DNA of 64,000 nucleotides from Octopus bimaculoides. Its lineage: Eukaryota. Where the stretch lies: the NCBI RefSeq assembly GCF_001194135.2, contig NC_068996.1:25211122-25275121 (forward strand), written 5' to 3'. Positions 37,301 to 49,947 of this stretch are shown piece by piece. The notes under the pieces were generated by a model that ran no database searches, was not told the DNA's origin, and saw nothing but the letters and a program-made list of their open reading frames with translations. The position numbers were made by a program, and so were the translations under genes. Position 1 is the first letter of the stretch, and each line of letters opens with the position of its first letter.

Positions 37301-38200
37301 ATCATTTATTTCCTATCTTCACTCTAATACATCTCTGTCTTCCATCATCTCTTTGTTATTGCCCATCATTTACTTCCTACCTTCACTCTCTTCCAACATA
37401 GTTTTTACATTTCACCCACTTATTTTCCCTTCACAATTTCATTACTACCAACTATTACTCTTTCTACTCCAGTTTACTTCTATTGTCATCCATCTCTTGC
37501 TATTGCCCATCACTTACATCCTGTCTTCACTCAAATACTTCTGTGTCTTCTATCATACTCCTGTTCCTTTCACCCACATATTTCATTTCCACCTTTTCAC
37601 TATTGCTAGCCATAAATCTCTCTACTCTAGCTTACTTCTACTGTTATCCATCTTGACTGGCTATTGGCTATCATTTACTTCCCATCTTCTCTCCAATACA
37701 TCATTTTCTTCCATCATGCTCTAGATCCTTTCACCCTTATTTTCCTTTCAGCCTTTCAGTTCTCTCTACTCTTGTCTACTTCTATTGTCATCCATCATCT
37801 CTTGCTATTGCCCATCACTTACTTCCCATCTTAACTCCAATACTTCTGTCTCTTCCATCATACTAATCTTGCTTTCACCCGCTTATTTTCCTTTCAGCCT
37901 TTCAGTACTTCCAGCCATTAATCTCTCTACCCTAGCCTACTTCTGCAGTCATACACCATATCTTGTTACTCCTCATGTTTTTCTTCTCATCTTCACATTG
38001 ATACTTGTGTCTCTTCCATCATACTCTTGTTCCTGTCGCCCACTTTTTTCATTTCACTCTTTCAGTACTACCAATCATTACTGTCTCTAATCTAGCCTCC
38101 TTCTACTGTTGTCCATTATCTTTTGCTGTTGCCCATCACTTTCTTTCTATCTTTACTCCAATACTTCTGTCTCTTCTATCATAGTCTTATTCCTTTAAAT
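31330..38200. repeat. Degenerate pyrimidine-rich satellite, unit about 150-160 bp
   Basis: Recurring CCATCATCTCTTGCTATTGCCCATC / CTGTTCCTTTCACCCACTTATTTTCC / CAGTACTGCCAGCCAT motifs (e.g. 31643, 31802, 31963, 32112). Confidence 0.92.
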
Positions 38201-38479
38201 ACAAGTACTATTGGTAATTCATAAACAGTTATGACATATAACTCTTCAGAACGTTACCAACTGTAAAAAAAAAACCCATTTTGTTGGAAAAGTGTTATGT
38301 AATGAACTAAATCAGCGTGTAAGCCAGATTTTACTGGTGGCTCCAAACTCAATATCAATGCAGTAGGAAAAATATTGAGATTATCCTATTTTAAACTATT
38401 ATTTGTATTAATGAACCAAACACACTAATGGTAATATTTGGCAACATTTTTCTTATGATAACAAATTCTTGTATTCTTT

Positions 38480-38690
38480 TATTCTTTTACTTGTTTCAAT
38501 CATTTGACTGCGGCCATTCTGGAGCACTGCCTTCAAGGAAATTGACCCCAGGACTTATTTTTTCATAAGTGTAGTACTTATTCTATTGGTGTTTTTTGTT
38601 GAACCACTAACTTACGGGGAAATAAACACACCAGCATCAGTTTTCAATCGGTGATGGTGGGGGCAAATACAGACACACTTACATAAATAC
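38480..38690 (-). mobile_element. SINE family B 3' half
   Basis: Reverse complement of 50950-51140. Confidence 0.75.
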
Positions 38691-38699
38691 ACACATATC

Positions 38700-40540
38700 A
38701 TCATTATCTTCAATGTCATTATTTAACATCTGTTGTCTATGCTGGCATGGGTTGGATGGTTTGACCAGAGTTTGTAAGCTGAGTGGCTGCACCAGGCTCC
38801 AACTACCAACCACTCCTAACACCAACCACTCCACAAGTGTAATGGGTGCTTTTACATGCCAGAGGCACAGATGCCAGTTGTGTAGCATCAATATCTGTCA
38901 CAAGTACAATTTCAATCGGCTTGATGAGTCTTCTTCACAAGCCCTGCATATTACCAAATGTCATTGCCTCTGTGAGGCCCAACACTTGAAAGGTACTTTT
39001 TATGTGAGACCAACATCAGCCACATTGCCTCCGTGAAGCCCAACACTTCAACAGTGCTTTTTACATTCCACTGGCATGGGTACCAGTTATGTGACTCAGA
39101 CAACAGCCATCACTATGATTTCACTTGGCTTGCCAAAGGTCTCAGTCACTAGTCATTGCCTCTGTGAGGCCCAATGTTTGAAGATCACACTTCACCACTT
39201 TGTTCCATGTATTCCGTGGACTCCTTCTACTACAGCTTCCCTCCACTGTTTGAGATCAGCATTTCTTCAAACAGCTGTCCCCATTCATCTGCATCACATG
39301 ACCATACCAATGCAGTTGTCTCTCTTGCACACCACATCTAATGTCTTTTATGCTCAACTTTTCTCTCAAGATGCTTACACTCTGTCGAACATACACATGG
39401 ACATTGCACATCCAGCAAAGCACACTAGATTCATTTCTTTCAAGCTTATGCATATCTTCAGCAGTCAGCCCATGTTTCACTGCCATGTAGCCTGGCTGTT
39501 CATACACAGGCATCATAAATTCTACCTTTCACTCTGAGAGAGAGACCCTTTGTTACCAACAGAGGTAGGAGCTCTCTGAACTTTGCCCAGCCTACACTCA
39601 TTCTCCCAGCTATGCTCTTGGAGCATCCACCCCTGCTACTGACTTGTCTCTTAGCTAATGGAAGCTATCTGCTACTTCTAGTTTTTTTCCCCTGGCATTT
39701 GAAAGAATCTATGTTCTGTACATTTTCAGTGTTAATTGTATTTGTGCACCATCCACACACAAAATCTATTTTCCCTGTTAGCTTTCCTCTGATATTGCTG
39801 CACCTCTTATGTGTCCACATCTTACACTAGGTACATCTTATGGAGTTTTTACCTATGCCTTTTCTATAGATTGAGTAGGGCCATCTACCTCCTGAAGAGA
39901 TTTGTGATTTGTCTGCTCTCCTACTTATTAAGACTATGGCTTTTGCTAGATTAACTCTAAGGCCCTTTGATTCTAGACCTTGCTTCCATACCTGAAATTT
40001 CTTCTCTAGCTCCAGTAGTGATTCAGCTGTAAGAGCAAGGTCATCAGCTCCCAGGTGCAGCTTGTCTTAAATTCCTTTGTTATTGCCTGGAGGACTATGA
40101 TGAACAAGAGGGGGCTGTGAACTGAGCCTTGGTGGACCCCTACTTGTACCCTGAATTCATCGCTATATTCATTGCTAATCTTCACCTTACTGAAAGCACC
40201 TCTGTACATGGCTTGTACAGCTCTCACCAGCCACTCATCTATCCCTAGCTTCTGCATTGACCACCAGATAAGGAAACTGGAGACTCTGTTGAATGCTTTT
40301 CCTTGTCAACAAAAGCTAGGTACAGGGGTTTATTTTTGGCTAGATATTCCTCCTGCAGTTGCCTAACTGGGAATATAGCATCAGTTGTGCTCCTGCCTGG
40401 CAGAAATCTTAACTGCATCTCATCTACACTAACTATCTCTCTAATCAATTGAGCTATGGCCCTTTCTGTAACTTTCATCATCTGGTCCTGCAATTTGATT
40501 TCTTTGTAATTATTTCTGTCTATGTTATAGGAGATGTTAT
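38700..40540 (-). mobile_element. 5'-truncated RTE-clade LINE with 3' UTR and tail
   Basis: MQKLGIDEWLVRAVQAMY...GVHQGS and MHKLERNESSVLCWMCNV; homologous to 19850-21625. Confidence 0.9.
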
Positions 40541-40810
40541 TGTTATTCAGCATCTGAAAAGAAATTTCAATGAGCATTTGATAACAGACATGTTATAATG
40601 ATTTAGTCTGGTTTTAATCTAGTATCATTCAATCATGTTTAAAGTTGTTACTCCTATTGGCAGTGAGTGTAGTACAAGCATTGTTAATATAAGCATTATT
40701 ATTGCACACATAAATAAATGGGTCGAAGTTTAAATTGAGAGAGTCTTTTGGTAGAGAGGAGAGGTTTCCCATACTGGTGTTGGTCAGGGGGTGGAGCCTT
40801 CAACAGAATC

Positions 40811-41065
40811 ACCAGTATAAGAGAAGAGGAGAGATTTCTGGTATAAGGGAGGAGATTTTGGGTATAAGAGAGGAGATTTCCGGTATAAGAGAGGAGACTT
40901 CTGGCATAAGAGAGAAGATCATTGATATAAGAGAGGCGATTTCTGGTATAAGAGAGATTACCAATATAAGAGAGGAAATCACTAGTATAAGAGAGGAGAT
41001 TTCTGGTATAAGAGAGATTTCCAGTATAAGAGAGATTTCTAGTATAAGAGAGTTTTCCGGTATAG
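40811..41065 (+). repeat. 21/18-bp minisatellite (ATAAGAGAGGAGATTTCTGGT)
   Basis: About 12 units read directly from the sequence. Confidence 0.9.
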
Positions 41066-41406
41066 ATGGTGGGGATCAGTATAGGTGGTGGGGAAGGGTT
41101 TTAGGTAGATGCATTACAAATAAGTAAAATGCTGCTGGACATATGCGCAGGGTATTAATAACAGCAGCAAGCTCAACAAGCAGTATGAAATTTAGGCATC
41201 ACATGGCCAAAGATGGGTTTAAATAGGTTTCCAGGCAGAAGTGGACAAGCAAAAAGGCCAACTTTATTGCAGGATTTAGTAGCTAAGACAGATAGAAAGT
41301 GGAAGATCAGCCAGTGAAGAGTATTGAATCACAAAATAGGGAAAATAAGAAAGGCAAGGAAGTAACTTGACAGCTGGAAAATAGCAGCCAGGACAGATAG
41401 AGGAAG

Positions 41407-41446
<40 letters not shown>

Positions 41447-41689
41447 GAGAAGGAAAAACTTGATCATTGTTAAATGCTACAAGAGGAAATATTGTAAAAT
41501 TAAAGTAAGCTATATAACAGTTAGGATATTGTAAAATTAAAGTAAACGATATGAGAGTTATTTTAAATCAGGTTACTATCGGGTTAGTATTATTAGATGA
41601 ATGATGTGATTAAGACAAAAGAGATTTTCTTAACTTAGATGGACGTATGCGTGGGGTAATAATAGCAGCAGCAACCTCAACAAGTGGTA

Positions 41690-41850
41690 TATATATGATG
41701 GGCTTCTTTCAGTTTCCGTCTAGCAAATCCACTTTGGTCAGCCCAAGGCTATAGTAGAAGATACTTGTCCAAGGTGCAATGCTTTGGGACTGAACACAGA
41801 ACCATGTGGTTGGGGAGCAAGCTTCTTACCACACAGTGACACCTGCACCT
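41690..41850 (-). mobile_element. SINE family B 5' half
   Basis: Reverse complement of the tRNA-like head (AACCACATGGTTCTGTGTTCAGTCCC). Confidence 0.75.
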
Positions 41851-41929
41851 AAATGGGAAAATTTTTAGATATTCAATGAAGCATTCAATGAAGATATTCA
41901 ATGACGTGTCTAGTAAAAAGCAAATCAGC

Positions 41930-42027
41930 AATATCATCATCATTTAATGTCCACTCTACCAAGCTTGCCTGAGTCAGGAGGAATTTTCTATGGCTGGGTA
42001 CCTGTTGCCAACACTCACCTGTTTTCA

Positions 42028-42060
<33 letters not shown>

Positions 42061-42340
42061 TTATCGTCCATTTTCTATGCTGGAATGGGTTAGATGGTTT
42101 GACTGGAGCTGGTAAACCAGAAAGCTTCCCCAGACTCCAGTCTGTTTTTACTTGATTTCTATGGCTGGATGCCCTTCCCAATGCCAACAACACCATAGAG
42201 TGTATTGGGTGTTTTCTACATATCTCTGGCACAGGTGTATTTTATGTGTCACTGGCATAGGTGCATTTTATGTCACTGGCACTGGTGCCTTTTACATGTC
42301 ACTGGCACTGGTGCCTTTTACATGTCACTGGCACGAGGGG
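41930..42340 (-). mobile_element. Family C (RTE-tail) copies with a 26-bp internal tandem
   Basis: (CAT)n tails at about 41935 and 42030-42060; ACATGTCACTGGCACTGGTGCCTTTT units. Confidence 0.7.
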
Positions 42341-42482
42341 TAATATATTCCCATGTAAGGTAATATTTCCCATGGCCAGGTATGTTTTCCACAGAGGACT
42401 GCAAACAAACAGCATCACTCATAGAACGTGATGATGTCAAGACAAAGGTATACCCAAACACATACATATAACATGGGAAACA

Positions 42483-42774
42483 TGCAAAGCAGTGTTGTGG
42501 AATAAACTAACTTTTAGATCATTTCAAATATGCCTATGGACATATTTGACCCTCGAAAAAGGTAATTGACATTAGCTAAGGACCATGAAATGCAGTCATC
42601 AGATCACAGGGTGTGTTCTGAAATGGCCATTGGTTCTTTATCAATCATTACCTACAGTAAAAATTTTCTCCATAGAAAACGGCAGTAAAAAATTGTCTTT
42701 TTACATGTCAAATATGTCTCAGACATATTTGAAATGGGTTTAAATGTTTGTTTATTCCAGAACACTGCTTTGCA
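42483..42774. mobile_element. MITE/foldback with about 66-bp imperfect TIRs
   Basis: TGCAAAGCAGTGTTGTGGAATAAAC...GACATATTTGAC versus GTCAAATATGTC...TTTATTCCAGAACACTGCTTTGCA. Confidence 0.75.
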
Positions 42775-43074
42775 AGCTTATTATATAATTTGCTTTAACC
42801 TAGCAGCTGTTTGCACACAGTCAGTAGATATTTGCTACTGATTTTCTATGTCTTCCAACGTCATATCAGGGTTCTCCTACTTAATATTCAGTGCCGACGA
42901 TAGCTCAGTTCATATCTGAACTGAGCACCTTGGGTAAGTGTCTTCTGCTATAACTGTGATCTGACTAAAGTGAGTTGATTTGCTAGATGGAAACTGAAAG
43001 AAACCCACTGTGTGTGTGTAATGCTTGTTTGTGAGTGTCTGTTCCTCATACCCAACTGCATCTTGTCTGCCCAA

Positions 43075-43265
43075 ACATTATACATGTTTTAAGGTCAAAT
43101 TGACCATATCTAGCCTCTTACACCTATCCAACAATGTCATTCAAAAACTAAACAATCACATCATTGAAATCTCAAGGCTATGAGATAGTGCATGGTTAAT
43201 TCCAAACAATTTGAATAAATAAGTGTTAGTTACATTTGAGTGTAATCTGAATACTAAATGGTTAA
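43075..43265 (+). mobile_element. Probable TTAA-ended (piggyBac-type) MITE remnant
   Basis: Ends TGAATACTAAATGGTTAA, resembling a decayed ...AAAGGG-TTAA terminus; left end not recognisable. Confidence 0.35.
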
Positions 43266-43269
43266 TATT

Positions 43270-43530
43270 GACAAAGTTATTTTCTTAAATGTTTCATCAT
43301 TTTCAATAGTTAATCGAAACAAAGTCAGTATATTTCAAGAGAAACATGATAACAAAAGCATTTAAGTGATTTAAACTAAAATGATTCATCAAAATTCCAT
43401 GTTAATTTATTTTCTAAATACCAGCTTTATAATGACAAAGTTATTTTACAAAATCATTCATTACTTCCAAAATTAATTGAAACAAAGGCAGAGTATTTGA
43501 AACAAAGAATTGGAAACAAAAGATTAAGTA
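43270..43530 (-). repeat. 162-bp tandem units beginning with a piggyBac-TIR-like motif
   Basis: Units start at 43527 and 43365 on the minus strand; same family as 45740-46085. Confidence 0.6.
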
Positions 43531-43895
43531 TATTTCAACAAAAAAAAATCAAGACATTTCAAACATCCACTGCCACCTATAGTATCCCCTTCACATTTGC
43601 TGCTCCCTTGTAAACTGACAATGCTATAAAGGGGCTCTAGTACTTAGGTTAAGAACTGCAGATAGAGAGACAAAAAAAGATAGACAAATAATAGTAGGAT
43701 ATAACTTTATGTTATGACTAGCATATATTACAGTCACCCACACACAACTTTACACAAGAACTTTACACAAACACACTCTCTCTCTCTCTCTCTTTCTCTT
43801 GTGTCATTTGTTGATTGTTCAATAATATGAAGAACTCTGATTAATAGTGTTGTAAAACTATAGGCTCATTTTTCCCTCTCTCTCTCTCTCCAGAT

Positions 43896-43981
<86 letters not shown>

Positions 43982-43984
43982 AAT

Positions 43985-44560
43985 AGACAGCCTCAGTTAC
44001 CTTGGTAACCTAGTTAGCAGTAGAGGAGAGGATGCTCTGAAAGTATAGTAGCCAGTGTAAGAACAGGTTGAGAAAGTTCAGAGAGCATTTACTTCTCTTA
44101 TGACATAAGTTTCTCTGACAGAGTAAGGGGAAGTCTGCGATGCTTGTGAATAGATTACAATACTACATGGTAGTGCGATGTGGTCACTGATTGCAGAGGT
44201 GTAGAAGACTATCAAAGACTAGAAAGAGATAAAGCAAGAATGATCTGCTGGATGTGCAATGTCAATGTACATGAACAATAAAGTACAAATATTTTGAAAG
44301 AAAACTGGGCATAAGAGGAATCAGATACACTATAAAAGAGAAGACTAAATTAGTAAGGGTATGTAATGCATATGGATGAAGATGGCTGTATAAAGGAATG
44401 CCAATCACTACAGTGGATGGAACCTGAAGAAAAGGAAAACCCAGGAAGACATGGGACAAAGTAGTGAAAGCCAATCTCAAACTGGTGGGCTTCATGGAGG
44501 AGATGACAAAATATTGAGTTTAATTTGCAATATGCAGTACTCATGGAAACTTGCCTGTCA
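43985..44560 (+). mobile_element. RTE-clade LINE 3' ORF fragment
   Basis: ICWMCNVNV...ENWGIRGI...KGKPRKTWDKVVK motifs. Confidence 0.8.
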
Positions 44561-45589
44561 AGGTGAAAGTGAGGCTCTGGAAGCATAATTAGAAACTGTG
44601 GGTTGGTAATGGCTGTAAGAGTGTGAAGGGGAGAGAGAAAGACATATAGTGATAAAGTGGAGGTGATTACTGGGTTGAATGTAATGAGTGATAAACAAAA
44701 ATAGGGTGTAGTTGATAAAAGATAAGAATTGGTGTTAAGAATAAGGTATGGGTGTCAATAGGAAGTAACTGANNNNNNNNNNNNNNNNNNNNNNNNNNNN
44801 NNNNNNNNNNNNNNNNNNNNNNNNNNNNNNNNNNNNNNNNNNNNNNNNNNNNNNNNNNNNNNNNNNNNNNNNNNNNNNNNNNNNNNNNNNNNNNNNNNNN
44901 NNNNNNNNNNNNNNNNNNNNNNNNNNNNNNNNNNNNNNNNNNNNNNNNNNNNNNNNNNNNNNNNNNNNNNNNNNNNNNNNNNNNNNNNNNNNNNNNNNNN
45001 NNNNNNNNNNNNNNNNNNNNNNNNNNNNNNNNNNNNNNNNNNNNNNNNNNNNNNNNNNNACTCCACTCATATTTTCCACAGACTACTCTTTCTGTGCTGC
45101 CAGTCATCACTTTCTCTCCCTTCAGTTACTTTCTATTGACACCCATACCTTATTCTTAACACCAATTCTTATCTTCTATAAACCACACCCTATTTTTGTT
45201 TATCACTCATTACATTCACCCAGTGTACCCCTAATCACCTCAACTTTATCACTATATGTCTTTCTCTCTCCCCTTCACACTCTTACAGCCATTACCCACC
45301 CACACTTTCTAATCTCTTCCTACACTCTCTTCTCTTTACCCTCTTAAACCTTGAGTGTTCACTCTGGCCCCTTGTTATTATTTCCTTCTTTATCTGTCTT
45401 TCCTGCACCACTCTAATCACTCTCATATACACTTTTATTTAATGTAGATTAGCCACATATCTCCTCTTCACCAACAAATCTGTTCCTGTCTCTTCTATCA
45501 ACACCAAGCATAAAACCACCTCCTTCTCTACTATACTTCCACTCTGTTAAGGGGCATCTTTAGTCATGCAGTTTACATGGTTACCTCAC

Positions 45590-45745
45590 TAGTAGTGCTT
45601 GTGCTACAAAAGAAAAGCACCATGTACACTCTGTAAATGGGTTGGCATTAAGAGCAGTGTCCAGTCACAGAAATCATGCCAAAACATGATCCTTTGGCCA
45701 ACTGGATTCTGTCGAACACTCTAATACATGCCAGCATGGAACGTG
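45590..45745 (+). mobile_element. Family C fragment
   Basis: AAAAGCACC...GTTGGCATTAAG...CATGCCAGCATGGA. Confidence 0.6.
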
Positions 45746-46085
45746 GGAGGTTTTAATTTTGATCACATTAACTCTTCTGTTACTATATTTCTGCTGAAAT
45801 ATTGCAATTTGTTTTAGATAATTATGAAAATAATTAAGAAATTAGTAAAACAACTTTGTCATTATTTAGCTGGTGTTTGGAATATAACTTAACATGGAAT
45901 TTTGATGGTAGGTTTTAATTTAGATCACATAAACCTTTTTGTTATTATATTTCTGTTGAAATGCAATGCCTTAGTTTCAGTAAAAATTTTAATAAAATAA
46001 TATTAGGCTAGTGTTGGGAACATGAATTAACAGAGAATGTTGATAGATTTACATTTAGATGATTTTAAAGTCAGGAATTTGAATC
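45740..46085 (+). repeat. 162-bp tandem units beginning with a piggyBac-TIR-like motif
   Basis: GATCACAT at 45761 and 45923 (period 162); TTAACTCTTCTGTTACTATATTTCTG at 45768. Confidence 0.65.
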
Positions 46086-46314
46086 ATAAAACTCAGGCCA
46101 GGCTGGTGTCCAAAGATGTAGATAAATTAGCTGTTGCACAGAGTGACCAACAACAACCAATGTCACTATCTACAACGCTCACAGAAATTCAAAGCTATGA
46201 TCAATGCCTCACATGCCACAGAGTGAGATTGAACCTGACACCATCTATTTGAAATGCAACTATCTTAACCAAATAGTCAAGCTTGTGTTCCCATGTTTCT
46301 TTTATAAAAAACCA

Positions 46315-46482
46315 TACACATAGGTGTAGCCATAGCTGTGTGCTAAGAAGCTTGCTTCCGAACCACATGGTTCTAGGTTCAGTCCAACTGTGTGACACCT
46401 TGAGCAAGTGTTTTCTACTATGGCCTCAGACTGACCAAAGCCTTGTGAGTGGATTTAGTAGACGGAAACTGAAAGAAGCTCG

Positions 46483-46526
<44 letters not shown>

Positions 46527-46745
46527 TTATGTGTGTATTTGTGTGTTTGTGGTTGTCCCCCACACAATCGCCTGACAACTGATGTTGGTGTGTTTACTTC
46601 CCTGTAACTTAGCAGTTTGGTAAAAGAGAGCGATAGAATAAGTACTAGGCTTACAAAGAATAAGTCCTGGGGTCGATATGTACGACTAAAGGCGGTGCTC
46701 CAGCATGGCTGCAATCAAATGACTGAAACAAATAAAAGAATAAAT
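46315..46745 (+). mobile_element. SINE family B, near full length
   Basis: Colinear with 50748-51146, including the central (TA)n/(TG)n. Confidence 0.85.
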
Positions 46746-46864
46746 AATAATATTTATATAGAGATGTATAATATTTATACAGATAGACGTTAAACAATGA
46801 TGATTATGATGATGATGTGATGCACCAGCATGACCGCAGCCACTTGGCTGAAACACATAAATAA

Positions 46865-46895
<31 letters not shown>

Positions 46896-46924
46896 ATGTA
46901 TAATATGTGTGTGTATGTATAAAT

Positions 46925-47105
46925 TTATGTATGTGTATCCTCATGTCTGTGTTTGCCCCCACCACCACCACCATTACTTGACAACTGGTGTTAGTGTGTT
47001 TATTTCCTTATAACTTAGTGGTTCAGCAAAAGAGAATGATAGAAGTATTAGACTTTAAAAAAAAAAGTCCTGGGGTTGATTAGTTCAGCAAAACCTTTCA
47101 AAGCT
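46925..47105 (+). mobile_element. SINE family B 3' fragment
   Basis: GACAACTGGTGTTAGTGTGTTT...AAGTCCTGGGGTTGAT. Confidence 0.65.
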
Positions 47106-48004
47106 GCTGCCAAATAACTGAGACATGTATAAGTAAAAGAGATATGTACATACATATAAGCTGTGTATGTGGCAGTCCTTTCAGTTTACAGTGAGAACAT
47201 CAATATCTGAAATAGCTAGCTTGGACATGTCATAAGCACTATAAGTTCAAAAGTGTAAATGCTAGTAAAGTTTTTTTTTAATGTCGGCCTAATTTAAAAT
47301 TTCAAAATGCTGTGTGTGTGTATGTGTAAGTACATAAGGACATATATAATATACATACATATATATATATACATANNNNNNNNNNNNNNNNNNNNNNNNN
47401 NNNNNNNNNNNNNNNNNNNNNNNNNNNNNNNNNNNNNNNNNNNNNNNNNNNNNNNNNNNNNNNNNNNNNNNNNNNNNNNNNNNNNNNNNNNNNNNNNNNN
47501 NNNNNNNNNNNNNNNNNNNNNNNNNNNNNNNNNNNNNNNNNNNNNNNNNNNNNNNNNNNNNNNNNNNNNNNNNNNNNNNNNNNNNNNNNNNNNNNNNNNN
47601 NNNNNNNNNNNNNNNNNNNNNNNNNNNNNNNNNNNNNNNNNNNNNNNNNNNNNNNNNNNNNNNNNNNNNNNNNNNNNNNNNNNNNNNNNNNNNNNNNNNN
47701 NNNNNNNNNNNNNNNNNNNNNNNNNNNNNNNNNNNNNNNNNNNNNNNNNNNNNNNNNNNNNNNNNNNNNNNNNNNNNNNNNNNNNNNNNNNNNNNNNNNN
47801 NNNNNNNNNNNNNNNNNNNNNNNNNNNNNNNNNNNNNNNNNNNNNNNNNNNNNNNNNNNNNNNNNNNNNNNNNNNNNNNNNNNNNNNNNNNNNNNNNNNN
47901 NNNNNNNNNNNNNNNNNNNNNNNNNNNNNNNNNNNNNNNNNNNNNNNNNNNNNNNNNNNNNNNNNNNNNNNNNNNNNNNNNNNNNNNNNNNNNNNNNNNN
48001 NNNN

Positions 48005-48750
48005 NAACGGCCACGCTCAAAATGGTGTATTTTACGCGCCACCTGCACATGAGCCAGTCCAGCGGCACTGGCAACGATCTCGCTTGAATGTCTTTACACA
48101 TGCCAGGAAGGCGACGCTGGGCACAGGTGCCATCACGATTTCGCTTTCACTTGCCCCAACAGGTCTTTGCAAGCTGAGTTTCATGTCCAATGGAGATGAC
48201 GTTGGCATGGGTGCCAGTCATCGAATTTAGTTCGATTTCGATTTCACTTGCCTCAACAGGTCTTCGCAAGCGGAATTTAGTGTCCAATGAAGAAAGGTAT
48301 GCATAAGTGAGCTGGCTACACCCCTGGCGGAGGCCTTGGATTTAGGTCTCACTTGAGAATGATTAATTGCTGAATTCATACAATCAGTAGCATTCGTTTC
48401 AGCCAGCCTCATAATTAAAATATCATATATAAAATATAGTAATATATATATAAAATATAGTAATCATCATCATCATCGTTTAACGTCCACTTTCAATGCT
48501 GGCATGGGTTGGACGGTTTGACGGGAGACTGGTGAGCCAGATGGCTGTACCGGGCTCCAATCTGAACTGGCAGAGTTTCTACAGCTGGATGCTCTTCCTA
48601 ATGCCAATCACTCCGAGAGTGTAGTGGGTGTTTTTACATGCCACTGGCATGAAGGCCAGTCACACGGTACTGGCAATGGCCATGCTCAAAATGGTGTTTT
48701 TACGTGTCACCTGCACAAGAGTCAGTCCAGCAGCACTGGCAACGCCCTTG
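48005..48750 (-). mobile_element. Family C (RTE-tail) copies
   Basis: ACGGCCACGCTCAAAATGGTG at 48007 and CATCATCGTTTAACGTCC at about 48470, homologous to 18057-18300. Confidence 0.75.
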
Positions 48751-48859
48751 CTTGAATGTTATTTTCCACATATGATTGTGATATCATTTCCCATGTCTAA
48801 TTGCATTCTGACACTAGTGTTTTCAATTCTCACATTCATGAATGTTCTGTTGTAGTCAC

Positions 48860-49946
48860 AACTTTTCCTGCTGACAAACTATTTATTTTTTCCTGTTTGT
48901 TCCATTTTCCTATCATTCTAGTTTAGCAGTACAATTTTATATGTCCTGTAAACCTGCAGTGAAAATACTTTGCTTTTTTGTACAGACAATCTTTTTACAG
49001 GTGCATCCCACCACATACCATACATGGATCTATATCCCGATATTTTTTCTATTTTTCTGCAATGCTTTGTCTTCCAACCTTTTTGCACTAGTCATACGTG
49101 AAACTCTTTCTGTTGAATTTCTTCCATGTCATGCCTTAATTTTAATATCATGTCTCACTCTTCCAACAGTTTCTGCAATGTTGAATCCTGGTTCATTTCC
49201 AGGTTTGTTAGAATTTTCGTTCGGATTTCTGCATCCCTTTTATCTGTCAATCCTTGTGCAAAAACCAAACACTTGAAAGAATCTGGAATAAGCCTAAATC
49301 TCTCACATTCTTTGTTGACTCTGCTTGTGTAAGTAGTGAAGTCTTCATCTTTGCTCTTTTCTATGTTTAAACATTTCCATCTAGTGTTAAACAGTGAACT
49401 TTTTTCACTGAACATTTGGCACAAAATGTCAACTGTGTTGGTGAAATTTATTTCGGATGCTTTTTTTGGGAATATGAAGTTACTATACTTCTCATGCTCT
49501 GCTGTCGCTAGTTTTCTTAAAACTAGATGTATTTTCATTCCATCCATCGAGTCTTAACATTCTTTTTCAAAAATTTGTTCAAATCTTTGAAAGTAAACCT
49601 TGAAGGCTACTTCTTCTTCTGGGTCATATTTGAATTTGCTTATGGAATTTGCTAAATGTTCATGTGAAAACGTATTCTCCGGTTTGGTCATCAACTTCAT
49701 TAGTTGTAACATTTGCTGCTGCAATCCTTCTTGTTGTTCTCATTCTTTGAGTTGTTGTTGTTGCTGTTTTTGCAACTCACCTACCCCAGCTAACAAGTCT
49801 TCCATATTTTATGATTTTCAAAAGTTTGCACAAGATTTTTGTTTCTTTTTTGTCAAGTTATTTAATTTTCCACATGAATTAGTTTAAACTCGCTGTGTGA
49901 TTGTTTTTTTCTTCACTCCATGTAAATTTGTTTTTCCTCATCACCA
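48860..49946 (-). mobile_element. Ty3/Gypsy internal remnant: PBS and degenerate gag-like ORF
   Basis: PBS TGGTGATGAGG (49946-49936) one base after the LTR ...ACAACA; gag-like SISKFKYDPEEEVAFKVYFQRFE...LVLRKLATAEHEKY...SLFNTRWKCL...FKCLVFAQGL. Confidence 0.8.
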
Positions 49947-49947
49947 C

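Noticed and set aside
31863-38090. Dense cluster of plus-strand ORFs of 70-250 aa rich in S, L, F and H
   Set aside because: They arise in all three frames of a C/T-rich satellite that is depleted of stop codons; no domain signal or codon structure.
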